Made by a program: the position numbers and the translations under genes. A stretch of DNA of 64,000 nt, taken from Podarcis bocagei. Its lineage: Eukaryota. Positions 40,050-52,000 of the stretch are shown here, piece after piece (within the stretch, counting starts at the first letter, position 1; the number at the start of each line of letters is the position of its first letter). The notes beneath the pieces are model-generated. The model was given only the letters and a program-made list of their open reading frames with translations. It was not told the DNA's origin and ran no database searches. The DNA is taken from NCBI GenBank assembly GCA_964188305.1, contig OZ076902.1. One strand, written 5' to 3'.

Positions 40050-43000
40050 TTATTATTTATACCCCGCCCATCTGGCTGGGTTTCCCTAGCCACTCTGGGT
40101 GGCTTCCAACAGAATATTAAAATACAATAGTCTATTAAACATTAAAAGCTTCCCTAAACAGGGCTGCCTTCAGATGTCTTCTAAAAGTCTGGTAGTTGTT
40201 TTTCTCTTTGACATCTGTTGGGAGGGCGTTCCACATGGCAGGTGCCACTACCAAGAAGGCCCTCTGCCTGGTTCCCTGTAACTAGGCTTCTCGCAGCCAG
40301 GGAACTGCCACAAGACCCTCGGCACTGGACCTCAGTGTCCGGGCAGAATGATGGGGGTGGAGACGCTCCTTCAGGTATACTGGACCGAACCCGTTTAGGG
40401 CTTTAAAGGTCAGCACCAACACTTTGAATTGTGCTCGGAAACGTACTGGGAGCCAATGTAGGTCTTTTAAGACCGGTGTTATGTGGTCTCGGCAGCTGCT
40501 CCCAGTCACCAGTCTAGCTGCCGCATTCTGGATTAGTTGTAGTTTCCAGGTCACCTTCCAAGGTAGCGCCGCATAGAGCTCATTGCAGTAGTCCAAGTGA
40601 GAGATAACTAGAGCATGCACCACTCTGGCGAGACAGGTCCCAGGTTGAATCTCCAGCATCTTCAGGTAGGGTTGGGAAAGTTCTCTGCCTGAAACCCTGA
40701 AGAGCTGCTGTTAGTGCAGATAATACTGAGCTACATAGATTCAGCAAAAAGTGGCCTCCTGTGTACATAATGACAGGGTGGAATGATAACTGCAGGAGAC
40801 AATTTGAAGGAGGAGCAAAATGGCAGTTGGTTCTAGGCAGCCCGGTGGGGTAAGCCTTGTGGCCTCACCTCTCCCTCTTCTGTAACCAGGTTGAATCAGC
40901 TACTGCTGGTGCCAGAATTAGACATGAGGAGTATGTTCCACTGTCAAAAGCAGCTCCTCTGCTTCTCTCTCTCTTGATCTCTTCTATATGTAAGATGCCA
41001 TGTAATCCATGTGTCAAGTGTGCACTTTTTCGATAACTGCTGCTGAATAAGCTGTTCTCTCCTTTTCTTCTTCAGATTCCTCCATCTCCAACGCTTCAGG
41101 AGCAGAAAGTCTAGCCATTCAGCCTCAGAAACTTTTGATCTTGGATGCACGCTCATATGCAGCTGCAGTGGCAAACAGGGCCAAAGGGGGAGGCTGTGAA
41201 TGCCCAGGTGAGTAGCTGTGCTGTGCTCTGAGCATTGTGCAAAGGTGTTTACACATGCAGAGAAGGAGTGGGAGTGGAGACCTTGTCTAAACCAAATCAA
41301 ATTTTGGTTACCAGAGTAGCTACCATTAATTCAAGGAGGTTGGAAATGGGTGGGTGTGTGATAAAAATGTTCAAATCCAAAGGGGTTGTTCCTTAAGAAG
41401 AGAAAGATGCCACCCTGTCCTGCAATTTAGACCCAGTCTCTAAAGCTAAACTACAGTATTTGATCATGGAGTCCTTACCAGATTTTAATCAAAAGTATGG
41501 TTTTGGGGTTTTGTTTTTTTTTAAAAACCCACCTTGTTTTGTTTTAAGGAAGTGAAGGAATTGCACTGCATGGCCAAATTCACTAAACCATGGTGTTTAG
41601 TGTTGCATCTGAATTTCGCCACAGAATGCAGAAGTTGCAGGTAGCTTTGGGCTCATGTGTCTACCCCTTTCCCTGTTTGTAATTTGTAACAAAGAGCAGT
41701 TTTTAGTTTCACCCAAATTGGTGAAACACCAGTTTGTTGCAGATTGCAAACAAGAAGTTTTTAAATTCCTTCTCCTGATGTGTAAAGGAGGAAGGAAGGG
41801 AAAAATTGAGAGAGACGTTGATTAAATTTCTGGAGAGCCACTACCAGTGTGGTGCAGACAGTAATGAGATCTCTCGATCCAGGGGTCTGATAACAAGGCC
41901 AAACACTTATGTTCCAAGTGACACCCTGATTCTCTGTATGATTCAAAATCTGCAATAGATGTCAGCTTAAAAGTTTATAATATTACGGCATGCGCTTGAC
42001 ATCATTTATAAGTTCGCTGATCCACCCAAACCAATACATGGTGAAAAACTGCATGGTGCACCAGCCAGGTGCACCTTATTTATGAAGGCCTAATGATTGT
42101 AATTTGTTTAAAAATTGCAAGATGCTACAGAAGTCCAGCATGAACCCATACTTCCACCCTCCAGGCTGCATTCTAATCGTACCAAAAAACTTTTATAGTT
42201 CTGTGCAACTACGTCACCCATCCCAAACAAGTACAGTGGTACCTCGGGTTACAGACGCTTCAGGTTACAGAGGCTTCAGGTTACAGACTCCGCTAACCCA
42301 GAAATAATACCTTGGGTTAAGAACTTTGCTTCAGGATGAGAACAGAAATGGTGGCAGCGCGGCGGCAGCAGCAGCAGCGGGAGGCCACATTAGCTATAAT
42401 GGTACCTCAGGTTAAGAACGGTTTCAGGTTAAGAATGTACCTCCAGAACAAATTAAGTTCTTAACCCGAGGTACCACTGTATTGGGATCCGTATACTTGA
42501 AATTCCTACATACAAAGTAGCCCATGGAAACAATTGAACTTGTATGTCTACAGTTACAGGTGTTGCTTCCTGGCAGTGGTTCAGGAGTATAGTGGCTGAA
42601 GAATGTGCCACTGTTGTCATGCTAAATTGCCACCAGAGAGGGCAGAGGGTGAGAGATAATATCGAGACAGGTCCTGAGCATGCTGACACTACACAACTCT
42701 TATTTTTCAACTCCTCCACTGCCATGTCCGTGTTGCTAACTAAGGGGGCTGTCTGACTCCTGTTCACTGGTGATAACAATCAGTTTCAAACCACTTCTAT
42801 AGATAAAGACCATTGTTCCCAGCAAACAGTCCAGTAGATCAGTAAGTTCATGTGTTTTCTTTAGACTGTGTTAGAATAACTCCCTCTATTCTGTCATAAC
42901 AGTCGTCCTTTGTCATGATGTTTGGTGTGCCTGAGAGAACCTCAAAGGCTAGAGGAGGCTGATGGGATAATAGCGCTTAGCACAGGCCCCAGCTGCTGCT

Positions 43001-46000
43001 GGCTCATTTTTACAGTAAAGCTCCTTCATTCATTTCGCTTCTGCCTTGTTTGAAGTGCCTTATCTTCTGCTTTTAACAGAGTATTATCCAAACTGTGAAG
43101 TAGTGTTTATGGGAATGGCAAACATCCATTCTATTCGGAAGAGCTTTCAGTCGCTGCGTTTGCTCTGCACACAAATGCCGGACCCAGGAAAGTGAGTGAC
43201 ATGTGCGCCTTCTCTCTGCCTCCCCCCCCCCCACTGTTGTCCCCTTGCACATCTCCCCTTCCCAGCACACACACTGTACTAATAGGTTTATTGGTATTGC
43301 TTTTTAAACAATCTAATCCTCAGTCTTCTTTTTGTCATTGTAAATAAAGGCAGTCATTTGCATGCCTTCCATCAACCTTGTGCTCTCCAGATATTTTTGG
43401 ATTGCAGCCCCCATTATTCCCAGCCATAATGGCCATTTAGAAGGCACCAGGTTAGTGAATGCTGGATTAGTTATTAGATAAGAGAAAATTAACATTTGTA
43501 ATTATTTGTATATGTTTGTTTGTGTGTGTGTTTGTGTATATATACACGCACACACGCATATATTTAATATTGGCTTTTTAAATTTAAAAAACCTAGTTTT
43601 TTTTAATCCACCTACCTCCAGACCTATTGACCTTGGCTGTTTTCCCACACAAAATAGGAGGGTTCCCCGAAATACTGCCAACACACACTCCTGCATTGTT
43701 GGCATGTGTGCAAGCTTACCTTTAGGGGGAACCTACCTGTTATTACTGTTCTCTTTGGGAACCTTGGATATGCTTCTGAGACACCCCAAGTTTTCTGGAA
43801 ATAGAGGCTTGGATACCCACTAACTTAAGCGATTTGTACTTTTTGATGCAGAAGAAAAAAAGTATACCCTCCACTTGTTACTGAAATTTGCTCAACCTAC
43901 AAACTTCACTTTAACAGAACAGAGAGGTCAAAACTATTCTCCCTTGTTGATCTGCAGCTGGCTGTCAGCTCTGGAAAGCACCAAATGGCTGCAACATTTG
44001 TCTGTCCTTCTGAAATCGGCACTTCTGGTAGTTCATGCAGTGGACAGAGATCAGCGGCCCGTCTTGGTGCACTGCTCAGATGGCTGGGACAGAACCCCGC
44101 AGATAGTGGCTCTGGCTAAGCTGCTGCTGGATCCATATTACAGGACCATCGAGGTTTGTGGCATGGGAAATAGCACAGTTGGGGGACCTCTAAATCGTGT
44201 TTAGAAAGGTTTATGGTGGTGGCTCTTCTAAAGAAGAGCATCTGTGGCCCTCCAGATGTTGCTCAGCTGCTATCCCCATTGTTCCTGGCCATTGGCTGTG
44301 CTTGCTAGGGCTAATGTGAATTGTAATTGAGCAACATCTGGAGAGTCAGTCGTCCCCCACGCCTGATCCATGTGCTTTCCTCCAAACTGCTGAAGAATAG
44401 ACTTGGCATGAAATAAAATGGATTTAATGCTGGAAGGGTTTTTTGGGGGGCGGGGGGCATAAGAGAAATGTGAGTTTGTGTCAGAGAATGAAATAGGTAG
44501 TCTGAAGTAAGGATCATTTTGAAGTGTTATTTAGGATGGCAGAGATAGAAACATGGATCTGGCCCTTGGGGTGCCACTTGTGTGTAAGCTCTTTTCCACA
44601 AGCCTCATTGATGCAAATGAGAGCAGCTTTTCTTCATTTCAGTGGGACTTGCCCATGAGACTTTCATAGTGAATTTGACCCCTTGCTGGTTAATTGCTAG
44701 GAGGGAAAGCATTTTGGGTTTTCCACCTCATGCCAGCATATCTTAGTTTGGCTTTGTGGACTTGAGCCTTGTGCGAATTTAATTCAGTGATGCTTCCCTC
44801 AGGGTTTCCAGGTGCTTGTGGAGATGGAGTGGCTGGATTTTGGCCATAAGTTTGCCGATCGCTGTGGTCATGGTGAGAATTCGGATGACCTGAATGAACG
44901 ATGCCCAGTTTTCCTGCAGTGGCTCGACTGTGTCCATCAGCTCCAGAGGCAGTTCCCCTGCTCTTTCGAGTTTAATGAAGCATTCCTTGTGAGTTGAATA
45001 CTTTTACACACTGCTTCTAATATTTTGAACCTTTTCGTAGTTCAGTATTCAGATATGAAAAGGAAGCTACCAAGCCCAAAAAAGTAAAAAGTAAAAATCT
45101 CTCGTTGGAGTCTGCAGAAATGCTCACTCAGAGGATAGTTAGGTATGTTCCATAGCGTTATTTAAACTCTGAATTAGAAAATCAAATTTGGAGTTCACAT
45201 TAAACTCACATATTTCAGACCTGTGTATCTGTGTTTTGGTTGTGTGTGTGAAAGAGAAATCAAGAGATCCTACTTTTCAGGCTTGTGTGCCAACAGTAAT
45301 ATAGCTGCATCCTTTCTATATAGGTCAAGTTGGTGCAGCACACATACTCCTGCCTCTTTGGTACATTCCTGTGCAACAATGCGAAGGAGAGAGGTGAAAA
45401 GCACACCCAAGAGAGGACCTGTTCAGTTTGGTCTCTGCTGCGAGCAGGAAACAAAGCCTTCAAAAATCTGCTTTACTCCTCCCAATCAGAATCTGTATGT
45501 ACTTTTTATTGTTTGCGCTCCTATAAAAATGTAACCAGTCTGGTGCACATAGTTCTTTTCCCCTTTCCCATTCCCACAACACTCCTGTCAGATAAATCAA
45601 GATGAGGCGAAGTATGATGCAGCTATATATATGATTGCAACTTAGTGGAGGTAGGCAAATTCTACTTCAAGGCGAGGCACTTCAGCCTACCTTATTGAAG
45701 CAAGAGTTTGTATCTAAAAAAGGGTAAAGGAACCTGGTCTTCCAAGACAATGCAAAACACTGCATTAGGTGACCCAACTTGGGCAATATGTTCTTGCACT
45801 GAACAAAGTTTCATGAAGCCAAAAAGACTCTCAGAGCTACAGCACTCTGAGAATAGTCAAAAGATGCAGGACACAGACCAGCAGGATGCTCCTTTCTGCA
45901 AACCCCCTTGAGATGAGTAGGAGCTGGCCAAGAGCACAGTAGTGCTCTGAGACAGTTGGTCTGTAGGTCCATGTTGCAGTTTGAGTGTCTGTCCCCATAT

Positions 46001-49000
46001 TCTGTCTTCATGGGAAACACCTGGGAAGTGTGACTTGAAAGCAGCAATTAGCCAACATATGGACATACTGTACTACTATTCAGCTATTTTAGATTCAGAG
46101 CAAAAGGACTGTTAGGCATATAATGTACCATAATTTCACTATAGACCCCAAATGTGCTTCTTGAAACCCACTCTTTTGACTACAAACATTCAGTGATCTT
46201 CAGTTAACCAATTTTGCAGCTGTTAATAATGTCAAAAAACTCTTAAGGCTTCATGTGCACACTCCCACACATCCTTGTAACGCTGGTAAAGGTCTGGCAT
46301 TACATGCAGCCACAGCAAATGTCACCCAACTGTACGGAACGGGGTAGGTTTTGTGTTATTGGGGGTACATTGCTTGAGAGAGAATGTGTGCTGAAGGGCA
46401 CGTTATTATTACAGTATTCTAAAAGTGTGGCTGAAAATAAGATAGTTAAATCACCTGGGAAAATGCATGTAAATCACTCTGAGCTCTTCTGAGACACAGA
46501 ACGGCATAAGTGCAGTATATATAATAATACAATTTGTGGATGCACTACACTGCTCATCTGGTTGTTTTAAAATAAGTTGCCATTTTAATATAACATTCTT
46601 GGTTTTGGGCGTTTGCTTGCTTTCCCAGTCATTGCAATGATTCACCCTCTTTTGAAATAGTTTGTCCACTTTCTAAATTAGTGGCACTGTGGTGGTTGAG
46701 AGTATGAGCAATGAGCTGGTGGGAGGGGCTGTATCAATTGATGGGGTGGGCAAACAGAGGCCATTCCAATGTGTCCAGAAGGGGCAAGATTCAAATGGCT
46801 GCTCTTGAATATATTCAAGATTAACCTGCGACTGCAAATTAAAATGCAAGGTCAGTCAATCTCAAACCTTAATAAAAGGATTATAGCCTTCTTAGTAGTC
46901 TGTTCGTCCTCTCTCTCAGGTGCTGTATCCTGTGTGCCACGTGCGAAACCTCATGCTGTGGAGTGCCGTTTACTTGCCATGTTCTTCCCCTTCGACCCCT
47001 GCGGATGACACCTGTGCCCCTTACCCAGTCCCAGGTTCCAGCCCTGAAGATCAGCCTCTGGGCAGGTGAGCTCAGAGTTCAGATGATGTAATGTAAGTAG
47101 ATGTTTGACAGGTGAGGGAGTTGCCTCTATTGCTGTCCACGTGATTAACAAATGGCAGTTTTCAGGAGTTGTTGAGAGAGTATAGCATCATGTGAAAGAT
47201 GATTATCTGCAGGCGTGATTGGCCGTTAACAGCTGATTTCTAGCCTGTAATTAGAAACAATTCTCAGCATTTTTCTTTCTTTCCTCTCAAGGCTGCCAAA
47301 GACAAGGTCATTTGACAATCTGACAATGGCTGGTGACAGCAGCGTACCGACAACCAACCGGCGTAGTAGCGACCCCAGCCTCAACGAGAAGTGGCAGGAG
47401 CACCGCCGGTCCCTGGAGCTGAGTAGCCTTGGGAACCCGGAGGACGACCCCTTTGACGGAGAATGTGTGGGCAAACAAGGCAGGACTCTGGTTGGAGCAG
47501 AGCTTTCAGTGGCTGTAGCAGAGGGGCAGATGGAGAACATTTTGCAAGAGGCTACCAAGGAGGAAGTGAGCTTGGAGGAGTGTGTGAGGGATGTTCCAGA
47601 AATGGCAAGTAAAGAAGGGGGAGAGGACACCGCTCTTGATAAGGAAAGCAGGACTGAGAACCTGGACAGCTCTGCTGATAACATGGGTGGGAAGACCGAA
47701 CTGGATACAGCAACTTTATTAGACAATCCAGTTTCCAGCCCACAGATGGATTTACAGGGTGCTTTTGAGCTTCAGGGGCAAGACGAGCTCCATTACGATG
47801 TCCAGAAACCATCTCAGGTGAAGGAACTACGGCCTGGCTTTTTGGGCAATGCTGTAAATAGTAACATTCAAAGAGCAGAGGAGGACAGTGTTAGTAGGCT
47901 ACCTGTAGAGGTCAAAATCCCTCAGGGCACTCCCCAGCCCAGCCTACCATTTCCTGTCCTGCATGAGATGGGAACATCAAACATGGAGAGCTCTACGGAA
48001 ACTTTAACAGAGAATGGGGCAAAGACGGAGCTGATCCAGAATGTCTCTTGCCATTGGCTCCATCCCATGGACAACAGTGCTGGCGAACTTTCTCGCACTG
48101 TCGAAAGTCAGCCTGAGAACGAGGACTCAATAGAGCTACACAAACTGGCAGCGAACCTAAACAGGACTACTAAGAGCAGCAGCTTACATGACCCAATGCC
48201 TTCACCTTGTGCCTTGCCTTTAGCTGACTATAAAGAGATTGTGTGCAATGGAGAGCTGGAGCCTGAGAACAAGGTGGCAGAGAGCCCGGCAGGGTTCAGT
48301 GTTACCCAGAAATACCCTGCACCAAACGGACACTGTGTGAACGGGGAGGAAGGCAGGGTAAAGGCTTCCCTCAGCCGACAGGTCTCTGCAGCTAGCTGTA
48401 GTTCTGCCCCGCTGCATCTGAGGAATTTGCACCATAAGTGGGTTCATGCTATTCCAGGCCGGCAGCAGACAGCAAACAGCCCGGACCAGCCTGCCCGGAG
48501 TCACCTGGATGACGATGGGATGCCAATCTATGCCGATGTCATTCAGCAGCGCCTCCGCCAGATTGAAAGTGGGCACCAGCAGGAAGTGGAGACTTTAAAA
48601 AAGCAGGTGCAGGAGCTGAGGAGCCGTCTAGAGAGCCAGTACCTGAACAGCTCGCTACGTTTCAACGGGGATTATGGGGATGAAGTGGTAAGTTAAGCGA
48701 CCGTTGCCATGATTGTGCCCGTGGTTCTGTGCAAGGAAAATGGATCCTTGGACGTGACTCCACACAAAAAAGGCTACCTGGATACATATGCCCTCTTCCC
48801 CACAGATATATATGGCACATTGATAGCCAGAGGCTGGGGGTGTAGGGAACCAGCCTTTCCTGATTCACAAATTCTTTCTCACTTAGTCCCCCTGGAGGTG
48901 ATTCTGATTCATTACAGGCAGCTGGATGAATGGCTAATTTGCTAAGCTGCTCATGCTTTGGAAAGTGTGTGTGTGTGTGTGTGTGTTTTAGTGCCAGTAA

Positions 49001-52000
49001 AAATGGCAAAGCCATACATGCTTTATTTGGTTGAGGAGGGACACTGCCTTGTATAAACATTGTATAAAGACTTGTTGATGTTGTATCAGGACTTCTTTAT
49101 AGTTATTAGCAGAAGACGCCAAAGCACTGCTGCAGCAGAGACTAACTTATTTATTCCATGTCCTGTCCAAGTTCATTGAAGTGCCTATGCATCATTTAGG
49201 CCTGTTGAAAGGTCTTGACAGTCCAGTCCACTAGTTTCTGCATTTTCTTTTGAGTGGTCAAGAGTCCTCCCTCAAAAGAGGCACCCCTGTTGCACCATTT
49301 TTTAACCTGTTGGTGGTTTTAAGGGGAAGTTCTTTGTGTCATGTGTTTATGAGTGCAGGTGTTTATGGATGCTTGGGGCTGCTCCAGAATTTTAAAAAAT
49401 GCATGCATAACATAAAGCATGAAAACAGGGTCGATCATGATGTGGCATGCAGTGGGATGGATCACCAGCTGGCAGTCCTTGATCCAAATCCCTGCTGTGT
49501 TCTGCTCACCAACGTGAGATCTGTCATTGTGAGGTCTATTCAAAGGGGAATGAGCAACTGTGAAAAGGTGGTTAGTAGCCAGCCAGCCACATGTGTCCCG
49601 TTCTTTCCTGTGCAGCCTGGATGAGAGAGAGCAAAATTGCCAGTAAGTAACCTAGTGAGTCAACAGGAAGCGGGTGGCGCTGTGCGTTAAACCACGGAGC
49701 CTAGGGCTTGCTGATCAGAAGGTCAGCGGTTCGAATCCCCATGACGGGGTGAGCTCCCGTTGATAGGTCCCTGCTCCTGCCCACCTAGCAGTTCGAAAGC
49801 ACCCAGTGCAAGTAGATAAATAGGTACCAGTCCGGCGGGAAGGTAAACCGCATTTCCGTGCACCACTCTGGCTTCACTAGAAGCAGCTTAGTCATGCTGG
49901 CCACATGACCTGGAATCTGTATGCCGGCTCCCTTGTCCAGTAAAGTGAGATGAGTGCCGCAACCCCAGAGTCGTCTGACTGGACCTAATGGTCAGGAGTC
50001 CCTTTACCTTTACCTTTAACCAAATGAATCGGGGGGGGGGGGTGAATAGAGAGAGTGGGTGGATATTTGGAAGGTAGGCTGTTGGGCTTGTGCTTGGCTC
50101 GGGATTGGTCCTCCCAAGTGATGTAGTCGTCTTAAAGGTTTTGGATGCGATGGGAAGACATTAAGACCTCAGTTGAGACTTCATTTCTACCCCAATATAT
50201 AGAACAATCCTAAGGTAGGATTGGGGAGCCTCAGCCCTAGGGGCCAAATGCAGCCCTCCAGGCCCCATCTGTTTGCCCTCTGAACTTTATCCAGGCTACA
50301 CCTGCCCTATTTTGCGTCCTCCTTGAGTGTATTTATCTGACTGGAATGGATGAAGAATAGAAGAGTGTGAGAGTGTTTATAAAGCTTATCCTACTGTGCA
50401 GAAGTAAAATTCACATCCATTGGCCACTTTTGCTTCTAGTCCTGCTCATCACTGGCCCGTGGCCCCTGGAAGGAAATGTGGTCCTTGGGCTCGAAAAGCT
50501 TCCCCTTCCGTGTCCTAAGGAGAAAGGCTTGTCCCATAGACTTCTGCTGTGTGTTGAGTAGAACTGCACAGTAGCTGGAAAACTGGTATTTTAAAAATAA
50601 CCAGTGTTTTGTTTGCACAGCCTTAAAACTGTCTGAAACTGGCCAAGGGATTTGGCTGACAGGAGGATGCTGCCATGGAGCAGCAGCATCTGCGGTGCTG
50701 GCAGAAGTGGGGTGTCTGAAGAGTTTATTCTAGCTTCTTCCCCCCAGCTGACAAAGCCTGAAAGAGAAACTAAGTACCCGTGATCTCCTCTCATTTTCTT
50801 CCCATTTTTACCCAAAGGGGATGTCTTCTGGCCACTGCTGCCACTCCATCACTCCACTGTTGCCTCTCCCAAATTGCTTGTACACCCACAGTTGCTCTAG
50901 TGAAGCCCCACTCCATTCCCTGTGCCCCACAACCACTGCTGTAGGGCTTAAATAGTCTTTTCTTCATGGTTGTATTATATGGTGCTCTGCGTGGCGTACA
51001 GTTTTTCAAATGAATTGGAAAGCAACTGAATCTGTTCAGGGATTCCATTGTTTACTGTTGGAGCTTTTGCAGCACCGTATTTATGCCACAGAGCTCTGTC
51101 TTCTGATCCACATCACACACCTCTTCAAGTATCTACCATATAGAGATAACATCAGCACCCCAATCATTGCCAAAATATATGAGCCATGAAAGTATATTGC
51201 TATCAGATATGCTCATGGCAACATTTGAATTTTAGCAATGAGTTTGGGTTTTCTGTTTTGCAGAACTTTTGAGGAATTTGGTAGAAGCCACCTCTCCACC
51301 CTATCCCATAATCTGATCTCTGAGCAGGAGGTTCAGAAGGATTCCCTCTTCTCAGCTGCCTAATCCATGTTCTGAGGGGTNNNNNNNNNNNNNNNNNNNN
51401 NNNNNNNNNNNNNNNNNNNNNNNNNNNNNNNNNNNNNNNNNNNNNNNNNNNNNNNNNNNNNNNNNNNNNNNNNNNNNNNNNNNNNNNNNNNNNNNNNNNN
51501 NNNNNNNNNNNNNNNNNNNNNNNNNNNNNNNNNNNNNNNNNNNNNNNNNNNNGTGGCCTTCCTCTCCCTTTTCCTTATATCGGCACCTGCTACTAATCAC
51601 CTGGCTCTACTCTGTATCCCTTTGGTTCTGACATTGGTCTCATGAAACCTCTTCCCTTTTGTCCCTGTTGTCTCTAATACTTAAAAATCTGTACCTGTGC
51701 CAAAGAAGCCCCATAGCTGTCAGTTTTCTGCCTTTGGACCTGCACTGGGAAATGATGAAAGCATTTTCCTTGACTAACACATGGTGTGTCAGTGTGCTTG
51801 GCTTATTTAGCTATGTAAGTGTGAGAGAAAGTTGGGGGCCTTAGCACTGGTTGTGAAAACTTGGTATTTGAGATGCTTGGTTAGAAGATTCTTCTGTTAT
51901 TTGGCCAAAGATGAAGAAACAATTCCTTCCTTCCTTCCTTCCTTCCTTCCTTCCTTCCTTCCTTCCTTCCTTCCCCTCTGTATCCTACTTACTTTCTAAA

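Noticed and set aside
40282-40659. 125-aa minus-strand ORF as a host gene
   Set aside because: It is the C-terminal remnant of L2 LINE ORF2, 5'-truncated.
47226-48576. Antisense ORFs (166, 86, 118 aa) opposite the large MTMR3 exon
   Set aside because: Shadow frames of a real coding exon; no independent gene signals.
49666-49750. tRNA-like A/B boxes (also ~35525-35600 and ~21715-21780)
   Set aside because: These are SINE heads continuing into SINE bodies, not complete tRNA genes.
51245-51380. Strong acceptor TTTTCTGTTTTGCAG at ~51263 as candidate for the missing 111-nt exon
   Set aside because: The phase-0 frame hits TGA at the third codon and does not resemble TSIPDSES.
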